A DNA stretch of 61,530 nucleotides, the filler included, from Coriobacteriales bacterium (lineage in GTDB: Bacteria; Actinomycetota; Coriobacteriia; Coriobacteriales; UBA8131), in assembly GCA_031263105.1 (NCBI GenBank). It is 5 parts of 5 records of this genome, joined end to end, with 100 filler letters (N's around TTAATTAATTAA, not from the genome) between each part and the next. Parts side by side here need not be neighbours in the genome. Positions count along the whole stretch, not along the records: positions 13,646 to 29,549 come from JAISGJ010000126.1; 4 more parts are not named here. One strand, written 5' to 3'. The position numbers were made by a program, and so were the translations under genes. The notes beneath the pieces are model-generated. The model searched no databases. It saw only the letters and a program-made list of their open reading frames with translations, and was not told where the DNA came from. Positions 13,646 through 23,548 of this stretch are shown piece after piece. Each line of letters begins with the position of its first letter. Position 1 is the stretch's first letter.

Positions 13646-13677
13646 GCTCGGAATGACAGTGGGGCGTGAGCTGTGAC
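13646..13677. repeat. Right arm of the MITE-like repeat at a contig start
   Basis: GCTCGGAATGACAGTGGGGCGTGAGCTGTGAC. Confidence 0.6.
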
Positions 13678-13798
13678 GGCTGAGCGCGGGCCGGGGCCGC
13701 AGGGGCAGGTTTCGTGCCCCCGCCGCGTCTGCGGCGCCACGTGATACAATCACGGTGCTTGAGAGAGAACGAGAGAGGGTCACGGGTCAAGGCACACG

Positions 13799-14941
13799 AT
13801 GAGGGAACGCGTCTGGTTCTTCTTCATACTCGAGTCCGCCATGGCGGCGCTCTGCCTCTTCTTCGGCTTCGAGGGGCAGGGTCTCACAGCGTTTTTCGCC
13901 TTCACGCTCATATGCGCCTGCCTGCTGGTGGCACGGCTGCTTGTCGAGCTGCTCGGCGCTCCCGCATGGCTGGGCTGGGCCTGTGCCGCTGCCTGCGTCG
14001 TGGCATTGTTCGCCTACGCCCCGGGTGCCTTCCTGCCGCTTGCTGTGGCCCTTGCCGTCGATGTTCTCGCCAAGGAGCTGGAGCCGCGCTTCGCGTTTGC
14101 GCTGTCGTTTGTCGTCGCGCTGCTGCTCGTGCTCGTCTTCCCCCAGACGCTCGGTGCGCTGCTCTGTGCAGGTGCGGCCCTTGCCCTGGCGTCCGTCGGT
14201 GTCGTGCTGACACGCTCCCTCGTCCGCGAGCGCAGGGACCTGGCGGCCAGGGACGGGCGGATCGCCGCATTGGAGACGAGTCTGAAGAACCAGCGCGCTG
14301 CCATCGGCGCCATCGAGCGTCAGGGGCGCCAGGCGGAGCGCAACCGCCTCGCGGCGCGCATCCACGACGGGGTGGGACATGGGATAATCGGCAGCGTGTT
14401 CATGCTCGAAGCCGCCCAACTGCAATGGGAGGGGGATCCGCAGGCCGCCCGCGCGAGCGTCGAGACGGCGACCGAGAACCTGCGGGCGAGCTTGGAGGGG
14501 GTCAGGCGGGAGCTGCGCGAGGAGCGCTCGGTCGACGAGCAGGCCAGCCTTGAGCGGATAGCTGCCAGGCTTGACGGCTTCGCGGCCGAGCATCCCGGCA
14601 TCGCTGTGGAACTGGAGGCCGACGGCGCTCTGGATGTCGTGCCGCAGCCCGTGTGGTCCTGCATCCACGAGAGCCTGCTTGAGACGCTGACGAACCTGCT
14701 CAGGCACTCCGATGCCGACCGCTTCCGCATGCGCGTCACCTGCCGCAGCCGCCTTCTCAGCGTCGAGTTCAGCGATAATGGGAGCGGTGTGCGCACAGGC
14801 GGCGCCGCGTCTGTGGAGCGCGGCATCGGGCTTGCCGCCATCGAGGAGCGCGCGCTGCTCAGCGGGGGCAGGGCCTTCTTCTCCCTGGGCTCCCAGGGCT
14901 TTGTGACTAGGCTGGTCTTCACCTTGAAGGGATGGACATGA
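13799..14941 (+). CDS. Membrane sensor histidine kinase (HisKA_3 type)
   Basis: Multi-TM N-terminus; ERNRLAARIHDGVGH, ETLTNLLRHS, DNGSG and GIGL. Confidence 0.9.
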   Translation: MRERVWFFFILESAMAALCLFFGFEGQGLTAFFAFTLICACLLVARLLVELLGAPAWLGWACAAACVVALFAYAPGAFLPLAVALAVDVLAKELEPRFAFALSFVVALLLVLVFPQTLGALLCAGAALALASVGVVLTRSLVRERRDLAARDGRIAALETSLKNQRAAIGAIERQGRQAERNRLAARIHDGVGHGIIGSVFMLEAAQLQWEGDPQAARASVETATENLRASLEGVRRELREERSVDEQASLERIAARLDGFAAEHPGIAVELEADGALDVVPQPVWSCIHESLLETLTNLLRHSDADRFRMRVTCRSRLLSVEFSDNGSGVRTGGAASVERGIGLAAIEERALLSGGRAFFSLGSQGFVTRLVFTLKGWT

Positions 14942-15561
14942 TACGGGTGGTGCTTGCAGACGACGACGCTCTGGTGCTCCAGGGCCTGACGGCCGTCATC
15001 TCCTTGTTCGAGGGCATCGAGCTCGTCGGCGCCGCATCCTCGGGCCACGAGGCGCTCGCGCTCTGCCGCGCCGAGCGGCCCGATGTCGCCGTCCTCGACA
15101 TCCGCATGCCCGGCATGGACGGCATCGAGACGGCGCGTGCGCTCATCGCCGAAGGGGCTGCGACGCCGCTTTTGCTCACCACCTTCGACGAGCCGGACCT
15201 CATCGCCCGCGCCCTTGAGGCAGGCGCCTGCGGCTATGTGCTCAAGAACAGCCCCGTGCAGCGGCTGCGCTCGGCCATCGTCGCGGTCGCCGAAGGAGGG
15301 ACCGTGTTCTCACCGGACATCCTCGACTTCATCCGCAGCAGGGTGCACCTGCAGGGCGCCGACGTGTTCTCCGCGCTCACCGAGCGCGAGCGCGAGGTCG
15401 CGGGCCTCGTCGCCGAGGGCCTTTCCAACGAGCAGATCGCCGAGCGCCTCTTCATCGCCAACGGCACGGTGCGCAACCACGTCTCGACCATCCTTGAGAA
15501 GACGGGCCTCGAGCACCGCACCCAGCTCGCTGTCCGCTATCTGGCGTCCGCCTTCTCGTAG
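14932..15561 (+). CDS. NarL/LuxR-family response regulator
   Basis: LADDD, LDIRMP, LLTTF, LTEREREV and GTVRNHVS. Confidence 0.93.
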   Translation: MDMIRVVLADDDALVLQGLTAVISLFEGIELVGAASSGHEALALCRAERPDVAVLDIRMPGMDGIETARALIAEGAATPLLLTTFDEPDLIARALEAGACGYVLKNSPVQRLRSAIVAVAEGGTVFSPDILDFIRSRVHLQGADVFSALTEREREVAGLVAEGLSNEQIAERLFIANGTVRNHVSTILEKTGLEHRTQLAVRYLASAFS

Positions 15562-15597
15562 AATTGAAGGCCGAATCTGCCATTTTGGAAGATATCG

Positions 15598-16911
15598 TTA
15601 TAATCCGCCTGCCAGCACGTCCGGGAGAAGGCTTATGGCATAAAGAGGAAGGTCGGTTATCTCGCGACCGGAGAACGGCTCCGCGAGGGACAGGCGAAGC
15701 GAGCGCGGCGGGCCGAACTTCTCCCGATAGGCCTTGAGGCTCCTTGACAGCAGATGAGTGCCCGATTTGACCTCGATGGGAATGACCGAGCCGCCCGTTT
15801 GGACGACGAAGTCCACCTCTGCCCTGCCCGAGGCATTTGCCCAATAGAAGGGGTCGAGGTCGGTCATGGCGAGCATCTGCTGCAGGACGAACTGCTCGGC
15901 AAGGGAGCCCTTGAACTCCACGAACAGGTCGCTGCCGTCGGCCAGTGTCTCGTGAGGCAGCCCGCTCATGCAGGAATAGAGGCCGATGTCGCAGCAGTAC
16001 AGCTTGAAGGCCCTCTCGTCGCGGTAGGGGTTCAGCGGCAGCCTGATGTCCGTCACCCGGTTGACCTTGTGGGCGATGTTGGTGTCCAGCATCCAGAGCA
16101 TTGCCGTCTCGTACTCGCGTGCCCGCGCGCTTTTCTCCATAAGACTGTAGGTGAACTTCCGGTTCTCCTTGCCGAGCTGGGCCGGGATGCTGTTCCAGAG
16201 CGCACGTATGCGGGGAATCTGGACGGCGGGGGCGTGCTTGGAGAAGTCGTGGTCGTAGGCGGTGAGTATGTCCTGCTGAACAGCCCTCGCCTCGTTCATG
16301 TCCCTTGTATCGAGGAAGGTCTGGACGACCTCGGGCATCCCGCCTAGGAAGAAGTAGTCTTTGAGCGCGGACACGTAGTCAAAGGCCAGAAGATGAAGAC
16401 GGCTGAAGTTCCCGATGTCCAGATGGTCGAGAAGGTCTGTGGCACCGATGGCCAGCAGGTACTCGTTGAAGCTCATGGGGTGCATATCCACAAACTGCAC
16501 CTTGCCCACAGGAAACGAGGCGCCCTCATGCAGCGCGATGCCGAGATATGAGCCGGCGCAGGCAAGGTGGTATTCGGGCGCCTGTTCGCTGAAGTGCTTG
16601 AGCGAGGCCAGCGCCGGAGGGAAGTCCTGTATCTCGTCGAAGACAATCAGTGTCTTGTCGGGGACGATCCTTGTGCCCGTGAGGCGCTCAAGGTCTTTGA
16701 CGATCCGATGCGGGTCGAGGTCCGGTTCCCAGGCCGCCTGCACACGCTTGTTGCTGTCAAAGGAGATGACGAGGGTGTCGTCGTACTGCCGTCTGCCGAA
16801 TTCCTCCAACAGCCAGGTCTTGCCCGTCTGACGGGCCCCGCGCAGCATGAGCGGCTTCCGCCTAGCCTTCTGCTTCCATGCCACGAGTTGTTTGATTGCG
16901 GCGCGTTCCAT
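15598..16911 (-). CDS. AAA-family ATP-binding protein with C-terminal DUF4143-like nuclease-fold region
   Basis: GARQTGKT, FDEIQ, GGMPE, KLYCCDIGL and EVDF...PIEVKSG. Confidence 0.85.
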   Translation of the reverse strand: MERAAIKQLVAWKQKARRKPLMLRGARQTGKTWLLEEFGRRQYDDTLVISFDSNKRVQAAWEPDLDPHRIVKDLERLTGTRIVPDKTLIVFDEIQDFPPALASLKHFSEQAPEYHLACAGSYLGIALHEGASFPVGKVQFVDMHPMSFNEYLLAIGATDLLDHLDIGNFSRLHLLAFDYVSALKDYFFLGGMPEVVQTFLDTRDMNEARAVQQDILTAYDHDFSKHAPAVQIPRIRALWNSIPAQLGKENRKFTYSLMEKSARAREYETAMLWMLDTNIAHKVNRVTDIRLPLNPYRDERAFKLYCCDIGLYSCMSGLPHETLADGSDLFVEFKGSLAEQFVLQQMLAMTDLDPFYWANASGRAEVDFVVQTGGSVIPIEVKSGTHLLSRSLKAYREKFGPPRSLRLSLAEPFSGREITDLPLYAISLLPDVLAGGL

Positions 16912-16992
16912 AGCGACCCCTTCCACGAATCCACGGGTCGGACACTGGGTCTGATAGGAAGAGGATACCTCCTCAATATGGATAGTGCAAGC

Positions 16993-17047
16993 AAAAACGT
17001 GAGAAAACTCACGAATCATGTTCTAAAAACGTGAGAAACATCACGAA
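16993..17047. promoter_or_regulatory. Tandem palindromic operator-like sites
   Basis: AAAAACGTGAGAAA repeated at 32-bp spacing; palindrome CGTGAG-N4-CTCACG. Confidence 0.5.
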
Positions 17048-17224
17048 ATGCATTTCAACTCGCATACGCGCGGCGTGCGCTTTAGACACCTGCTCGCTTC
17101 GCAACTCCTCTTTGCGGCAAGCGGTGCACGGACCACGTGCACAGACCACGGGTAAATCATCGCCTCTCCAAGGAACAGGTATGCTACACTGTTCTCCGTC
17201 GCTTTTAGCGGCAGAACCCTTTAT

Positions 17225-17299
<75 letters not shown>

Positions 17300-17653
17300 A
17301 CGTTTACGCAGGTCAGAGCGCCGTTTGCGGCTCTGGCCTGCTTTGCGTCAGGGGGAGAAAACGCCAATCTGGCACAACTTTGGTACAGGGCGCGCCCTTC
17401 CCCGTCGTATGGGCCGAAACCCCCTCATTGCGCCTCTCCATCCCGCTGATACCCAATAATTCGGTAGTGTCTTCGTGCGATTTCATCACTCGTTTAGTAA
17501 CTGGCCGTCGGCGGGCTTCAGTACTCTGTGGGTGGATGCGAAGGAACAGAGGCTGGAGTAAAACGGGAAGGCGCAGTGTTCGGGACACTGCGGCCGAACG
17601 CAGCAAGGAATGCCCTGTAGGCATGACCTGGTGCCCGTGAGGAGGAGTGTGCT

Positions 17654-18493
17654 GTGGCAATCGAGCAAGGGCCGGCCCTCGGACAGGGCGGCCACACGAC
17701 GGAGCACGCCGTATTCGCAACCGGGGCCGTGCCCGCTGCGCAGGAGGTTGCTGCGCAGGGGCAGGCCCTCGGGCCGGATGACCGTGAGGCCGCCCAAGGG
17801 CAGGCCCAGGCGCCGGACGGCCAAGCGCCCGTCCCCGACCAGGAGGCGACCTTCGAGCAGAAGGTCGACCACGTCGTCCACCTGCTGCTCTCCAACAACC
17901 TCAACCGCCCTGCCCTCTACCGCATACTCGTCGCCACGGCGACGGGGCCGGTGTCCCTTTTCGACTTGGAAGCGCTCATCCAGGAGATGCCGGAGTTCAA
18001 GGGCGCGACCCAGCCGCCTTACTTCCTTATCGAGTGGCTGGTGAAGGCCGAGGCCCTCTCCTTCACCGAGGTGGACGCCGAGGGCAGGCCCCTCACCGAC
18101 GAGCGGCGCGAGGGCAGGACCGCAGACGAGATCGACGACCTGGTAGAGGACATGCTCATCGAGGCCACCGACGTCGGCCGGGAGGTGCTCGACGCCTTCG
18201 ACCCCCGGCAGCGGCTGACGGAGCTGCTCCAGGACGTCCCGGAGCGTTACGGCAGCTATCTCGAGGTCATGGAGTTCCTCACCGAGCGGCACAGCTACGG
18301 CGAGGTCGACCGCCTTCTTCGCGGGCACCCGGTGCTGATGAGCGGCCGGGCGCCGGAGGACCGCCCCATGCAGCCGAGCGTCTTCGTGGACAAGCTGGCC
18401 GCTGCCGGCGCCATCGTCTACGACGAGGGCTGGGTCGTCACCCCCGAGGGGCGCGCGGTGCTGGAGGCCGCGAAGGGCGTGACCGCCGCCTGA
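17654..18493 (+). CDS. Hypothetical protein upstream of the molybdoenzyme operon
   Basis: GAGGAGGAG SD before GTG; GC3-rich codon usage. Confidence 0.75.
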   Translation: MAIEQGPALGQGGHTTEHAVFATGAVPAAQEVAAQGQALGPDDREAAQGQAQAPDGQAPVPDQEATFEQKVDHVVHLLLSNNLNRPALYRILVATATGPVSLFDLEALIQEMPEFKGATQPPYFLIEWLVKAEALSFTEVDAEGRPLTDERREGRTADEIDDLVEDMLIEATDVGREVLDAFDPRQRLTELLQDVPERYGSYLEVMEFLTERHSYGEVDRLLRGHPVLMSGRAPEDRPMQPSVFVDKLAAAGAIVYDEGWVVTPEGRAVLEAAKGVTAA

Positions 18494-18582
18494 GCGCACA
18501 GCGGCAACACACAGGGTCCATCGCCTGAGTTCCAAGGCGTGCACGACGGACACAGAGGTAGGGGAAGCGCCGGTTGATTCAT

Positions 18583-18701
18583 TGCGCACCATCTGGCGGC
18601 CAATTTGCCCCTGGCCTACGTTGGAGACAACAGACATTACGTCCAGTAGTGTCTGTCATCTCCGCCTTGGCCAAGGGCAAATTGACTCGCCATCTGGCGC
18701 A
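18583..18701. promoter_or_regulatory. Long imperfect inverted repeat upstream of the molybdoenzyme operon
   Basis: CAATTTGCCCCTGGCC pairs with GGCCAAGGGCAAATTG; GGAGACAACAGACATTAC pairs with GTAGTGTCTGTCATCTCC. Confidence 0.55.
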
Positions 18702-18773
18702 CAAGCAATCAATCGGCACTTCCCAAGGTACGACAAGCAAGGTACGACAAAGGTAGTGTGCAAAGGAGGAAAC

Positions 18774-21700
18774 ATGAGAGAAGCAACACTGACTCGCCGC
18801 ACGTTCGTGCACTCTGCGGCAGTCGCCGGTGCCGCCCTCGCCATGGGATCCGCCCTCTCCGGCTGCTTGCAGCAAACGGATGAGGGTGCGAAACCGGGCG
18901 AGCCAAGCGAGCCGGTCGAACGCGAACGCGCCATGTACATCTCGGTCTGCCACGGCTGCATCCAGGCATGCCCCTGCAAGGTGTACCTGGAGGACGGCGT
19001 GGTCGTCAAGATCGAGGGCCACCCCGACGCCCCCACGTCACAGGGCTCCCTGTGCCTGAAGGGGCTGAACCAGATCCACACCTGCTACAGCCCCCGCCGC
19101 GTGCTCTATCCGCTGAGGCGCACGAGCGAGCGGGGGGCGGCCAACGCCACATGGGAGCGCGTCTCCTGGGACGAGGCCATCGACCTTGCGGCATCCAAGA
19201 TAGCCGAGGCCATCGAGAAGTACGGCACCTACGCGTTCTTCTGCTCGGTCGGCGGCGGCGGCGCCTACAGCTTCATGCAGGCCATGACCACCCCTATGGC
19301 CCTGGGTTCGCCCACCGTCTTCGAGCCGGGCTGCGCACAGTGCTACCTGCCGCGCATCACCGAGGCCGCCTATATGTACGGCGGCGCCGACCAGTCCATC
19401 GCCGACTGCGCCGTGCTCGAGCCCTTCAAGGGCCTGGCACCGCTGGAGGAGGCCAAGGGCGTCACCAGCGACACCAAGGTGCTCGTGCTCTGGGCGGCCC
19501 AGCCCTCCGTCTCGCAGGTCGCCCAGTCCGGTCGCGGCATGGCCGAGCTGCGCGCACGGGGCTGCAAGACCATCGTCGTCGACCCGAACTTCTCCCCAGA
19601 CGCCGTCAAGGCGACCATACACCTGCCCGTGCGTCCGGGCTCGGATGCCGCGCTGATCCTGGCCTGGTACCGCGTCATCCTCGACGAGAAGCTCTACGAC
19701 GAGGAGTTCACCAAGTACTTCACGAACATGCCCTTCCTCATCAACCCCGACACCAAGCTGCCCTGGCTGGCGAGCGAGGTCTTCGGCGACGAGGCGCAGA
19801 CCACCCCTGCCGACACGCCCGTCTACGTCTGCGTGGACGAGGGCACCGGCCAGATCGCGGCGCTGCCCTTCGGCAAGCCTGCCGACGTGAAGGCGGTCGT
19901 GAACCCGCAGGTGCTGGCGACGGCCGAGGTCCTCGGCAAGCAGTCCCGCAGCGCTGCCCAGATCTACCGTGACGAGGCCGAGCCTTGGACGCTGGAGAAG
20001 GCCGAGGAGTTCTGCTGGGTTCCCGCCGACCGCATCCGCGATGCCATCGACCTCTACACCGGTGCCGAAGTGGCGGGCATCGCCAACGGCGTGGCGTCCG
20101 ACATGGAGGAGACCGCGTCCCAGGTGCCGGACGGCCTGATGGGCCTCGACATGATCATGGGCTACGTCAACAAGCCCGGCGCGACCCTCACGCAGAACGG
20201 CCTGCTGCCCCCAGAGGGCGAGGCCGCGCGCCCGACCATGTTCTGGAACGGCTTCGGCGGCATGTTCGGCCAGATGTACGGCATCGGCTACGAGGTCGGC
20301 GCCACCCAGGAGGCCAACGAGGCGCGCATCGCAGCCATAGAGAACGGCACGAACCCCGAGGCGCCGCCCTTCCAGAACGGCCCCACCCTGTTCGCCATGA
20401 ACCAGCTTCTGCTGGACCGCTTGGGGATGAAGAACCACCGGGGCCTCTACAACTGGTGCCACAGCCACATCCCCAGCGTCCGTGAGGCCATCGAGACCGG
20501 CGAGCCCTTCAAGCCGCGCGTCTGGTTCGACATGTCGGGCAACAAGTTCGCCGTGCTCGGAAGCGCCGGGGCCTGGTACAACGCCATCATGAACGACGGC
20601 GTGGACTTCATCATCTGCCAGTACCCGATGATCACCTCCTTCCAGGTCGAGGTCGCCGACCTCATCTTCCCGCTCGAGGAGTGGCTGGAGGCCACGGGCG
20701 GCGGCGGGCAGTTCGGCCAGCTGAACTACACGTTCCCGATCCCGGGCATCATCCACCTCGGCGAGACGGTGCCGAACTCCGTGCCTCCCAAGCGCGTCAT
20801 AGACGCGGCGTCGGTCAAGCTCAACGACAAGCTCGACACCGTCGTCTTCGGCGGGACGGGCAAGACGATGAGCGAGATGGAGCTGATGTTCCCGCTCGGT
20901 CTGGGCGTCTTGGGCGGTGCCGACAATGAAGAGGCCGAGTGGGCGGCCCAGATCGCGACCTATTCGGAGGTTCTCGGCCTTGGGGAAGGCGCCACCAAAG
21001 AGGACCTCATGGCAGCCCTCAAGGACAACCCGGATGCGTACAACGTCACCCCGCCCGACCAGTACTGGACCTACGGCCAGCACCTGGTCACGGCCGTCGA
21101 CGGCCTGCCTGCGGGATTCGCCACCGAGTCGCGCAAATGCGAGGTCTACAACACGCTCCACATCAAGCTGTCGCGGACCGGCTGGCCCTACACCTATCCG
21201 CGCGAGATCGGCCCCATCGACCCGCGCGCCGGCACCTGGGGCGGCGACTACTCGCCCATCTGCAACGTGCCCGTGCAGAAGGAGGCCCCCGAGGTCTCGA
21301 CCGGCCAGGAGTTCCTGGGCGCTTACGACCCCGAGTTCCCGCTCGCGCTGACCTCCGGTCGCGTCTACTACTTCCACCACGGCACGATGCGCCATTCCCC
21401 CTTCGCGCGCGAGCTGTATCCTGCCCCCGACGTGCGCATCAACCCCAAGACCGCAGCGGAGTACGGCATCGCGCACCGCGACTGGGTGGAGATCTCCTCC
21501 CGCCGCACCCAGGGGTCGGACTTCGTGCACGGCACGGGGCTGGAGCTGTCCTACTCCGGCGTCAAGGAGCAGAACACCAAGACGGCCGAGCCCATCCGTG
21601 GCCGCGCCTACGTCTCCGAGGTCGTCGCGCCCAACGTGCTGTGGATGGAGCGCTTCTGGAACCCCGAGTGCTACGACTCCTCGCAGGCCACCAAGACCGG

Positions 21701-21980
21701 CGGCTGGCAGGAGTGCAACGTCAACGTCATCACCAACGCGATAGACGCCAACTTCAACGAGGTGTTCGGCTCCTACACCAACCGGGGCTTCACCGTCAAC
21801 ATCAAGAAGTCCGAGAAGCCGGCGAACGTCTGGGTCGAGCCCACGGAGTTCGCGCCGTTCCTGCCCGACGTTCCGAACGAGTACGCCCCCGACGACATCG
21901 GCGTTGCCATCAGCAACAAGGACCTGCTCACCCCGATCGTCGTCTTCCCTGACGCCGCTCCTGCAGGAGGTGGTCAATAA
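18774..21980 (+). CDS. Tat-exported lipoprotein molybdopterin (bis-MGD) oxidoreductase catalytic subunit
   Basis: AAGGAGG SD; TRRTF Tat motif; LSGC lipobox; CHGCIQAC...CLKG FeS motif; PVRPGSD; C-terminal MGD-binding region. Confidence 0.92.
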   Translation: MREATLTRRTFVHSAAVAGAALAMGSALSGCLQQTDEGAKPGEPSEPVERERAMYISVCHGCIQACPCKVYLEDGVVVKIEGHPDAPTSQGSLCLKGLNQIHTCYSPRRVLYPLRRTSERGAANATWERVSWDEAIDLAASKIAEAIEKYGTYAFFCSVGGGGAYSFMQAMTTPMALGSPTVFEPGCAQCYLPRITEAAYMYGGADQSIADCAVLEPFKGLAPLEEAKGVTSDTKVLVLWAAQPSVSQVAQSGRGMAELRARGCKTIVVDPNFSPDAVKATIHLPVRPGSDAALILAWYRVILDEKLYDEEFTKYFTNMPFLINPDTKLPWLASEVFGDEAQTTPADTPVYVCVDEGTGQIAALPFGKPADVKAVVNPQVLATAEVLGKQSRSAAQIYRDEAEPWTLEKAEEFCWVPADRIRDAIDLYTGAEVAGIANGVASDMEETASQVPDGLMGLDMIMGYVNKPGATLTQNGLLPPEGEAARPTMFWNGFGGMFGQMYGIGYEVGATQEANEARIAAIENGTNPEAPPFQNGPTLFAMNQLLLDRLGMKNHRGLYNWCHSHIPSVREAIETGEPFKPRVWFDMSGNKFAVLGSAGAWYNAIMNDGVDFIICQYPMITSFQVEVADLIFPLEEWLEATGGGGQFGQLNYTFPIPGIIHLGETVPNSVPPKRVIDAASVKLNDKLDTVVFGGTGKTMSEMELMFPLGLGVLGGADNEEAEWAAQIATYSEVLGLGEGATKEDLMAALKDNPDAYNVTPPDQYWTYGQHLVTAVDGLPAGFATESRKCEVYNTLHIKLSRTGWPYTYPREIGPIDPRAGTWGGDYSPICNVPVQKEAPEVSTGQEFLGAYDPEFPLALTSGRVYYFHHGTMRHSPFARELYPAPDVRINPKTAAEYGIAHRDWVEISSRRTQGSDFVHGTGLELSYSGVKEQNTKTAEPIRGRAYVSEVVAPNVLWMERFWNPECYDSSQATKTGGWQECNVNVITNAIDANFNEVFGSYTNRGFTVNIKKSEKPANVWVEPTEFAPFLPDVPNEYAPDDIGVAISNKDLLTPIVVFPDAAPAGGGQ

Positions 21981-22642
21981 TGGCTAAGAGGACCCTGGTC
22001 ATCGACCTCGACCGTTGCTCCGGCTGCGATTCCTGCGTGGTCGCCTGCAAGTTCGAGAACAACGTCGCGCTCGGCAACTTCTGGACCACGGTCGTGCCCG
22101 TCGGTCCCGCCGGCACGCATCCCGACATCGAGATGTACTGGCTGCCCATGCAGTGCCAGCAGTGCGAGAACTCGCCCTGCGTCGCCGCCTGCAGCACCGG
22201 TGCCGCCTACCGCGACCCCGACAACAACGTCGTGCTGATCGACAAGGAGACCTGCATCGGCTGCAAGAGCTGCCTCGTCGCCTGCCCCTACAGCGACGAC
22301 GAGGGCGCCGTCCGTCCCAGCGTCCGCTGGTTCAATGCGGAGGAGAACGTCGTCGAGAAGTGCACGCTCTGCAACCACCTCACGGCGGCCAGCGACGGCA
22401 TCGAGAACACCAAGGACACGACCGACCCCGCGCATGCCGTCCCGCCCTGCGTGCACAACTGCTCCTGCAAGGCGCGCCATTACGGCGACCTGGACGACCC
22501 CGCCTCAGACGCGAGCCTGCTCATCGCGCAGGCCGAGCGCGACGGGCGCAAGGTCTGCATGGTCGAGGCCGAGGGCGTGATGCCTGCGACCCGCTACATC
22601 CTCTCCGAGGACATAGCGGCGTGGAGGGGCCTGGGCGAGTAG
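21980..22642 (+). CDS. 4Fe-4S dicluster electron-transfer subunit (DmsB/NrfC-like)
   Basis: CSGCDSC, CQQCENSPC, CIGCKSC...CPY and KCTLC; TAATG overlap. Confidence 0.92.
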   Translation: MAKRTLVIDLDRCSGCDSCVVACKFENNVALGNFWTTVVPVGPAGTHPDIEMYWLPMQCQQCENSPCVAACSTGAAYRDPDNNVVLIDKETCIGCKSCLVACPYSDDEGAVRPSVRWFNAEENVVEKCTLCNHLTAASDGIENTKDTTDPAHAVPPCVHNCSCKARHYGDLDDPASDASLLIAQAERDGRKVCMVEAEGVMPATRYILSEDIAAWRGLGE

Positions 22643-22701
22643 GCGCACTGCCTGACGGGCGACGGCCTTCCCGTAAGCCGTTAGGGGGCGGAGCGAAGAC
22701 C

Positions 22702-22727
22702 GGGGCGGAGCCAAGGCTCCGCCCCGG
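22702..22727 (+). terminator. GC-rich stem-loop (terminator or mRNA stabiliser)
   Basis: GGGGCGGAGCC-AA-GGCTCCGCCCC hairpin without a U tract; coordinates approximate. Confidence 0.4.
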
Positions 22728-22786
22728 CGCTCCGGGCGACGTGTCTGCCATACGCCCTGCCACACGAAAGGATCGAAAGGACACAC

Positions 22787-23548
22787 ATGAGCGCATCGGA
22801 CAAGACAGACGCCGCCCCGTCGGTACGGCCCGTCGAGGTTCTGACCGGCAGGGCGACGAGCTACCGGATGCTCTCACGCCTGTTCTTCAAGCCCTTGAGC
22901 GCCTCTGAGATAGACGAGCTCGCTGCAAGCGACTACGGCGCTGTGGCCCTCTCCCTTGGAGGAGAGGGCCTTCTGGCCGAAGGGTTCAACGACATGGGCC
23001 GCGCCCTGAGGCGGCGCCACACGGGCACGCGCCAACAGCTTGCGACCGACTTCACGATGTGCTTCGACGGCGTGGAGACCGCAGACGAGCAGGTCGCCGT
23101 CCCCTACGCCAGCGTGTTCCTGGGCGAGAAGGCGCTGCTCAACCAGGAGCCCCGTCACGAGGTCTACCGCTTCTACCGTTCCGAGGCCGTCAGGCTGAAG
23201 AGCGGCGTCAACCTCCCCGAGGACCACCTGAGCTTCGAGCTCGAGTTCCTCGCCATCCTCTCCGACCGCGCCGCCGAGGCGCTGGGGGAGGGCGGCGTCG
23301 ACGAGGCGGCCCGTTGCCTCAGGCAGTCGCAGGAGTTCATTCGTGGGCATGTCCTCACCTGGCTGGGCCTGTTCGCGGAGCGTGCCGAGAGGATACTCAA
23401 GACCCGTTTCTACCGGGGCGCCCTCAAGGCGGTGCGCGGTTACCTCGAACTGGACCTGGAGACGCTCGGGGACCTCTTGGAGGTGCTGGGAGACGGACCC
23501 GGAGACGGGTCTGCAGACGGGTCTGGGGACGAGCCTGGGGATGGGTGA
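22787..23548 (+). CDS. TorD/DmsD-family molybdoenzyme chaperone
   Basis: PYASVF, PEDHLSFELEFL, H..W and FY motifs. Confidence 0.92.
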   Translation: MSASDKTDAAPSVRPVEVLTGRATSYRMLSRLFFKPLSASEIDELAASDYGAVALSLGGEGLLAEGFNDMGRALRRRHTGTRQQLATDFTMCFDGVETADEQVAVPYASVFLGEKALLNQEPRHEVYRFYRSEAVRLKSGVNLPEDHLSFELEFLAILSDRAAEALGEGGVDEAARCLRQSQEFIRGHVLTWLGLFAERAERILKTRFYRGALKAVRGYLELDLETLGDLLEVLGDGPGDGSADGSGDEPGDG

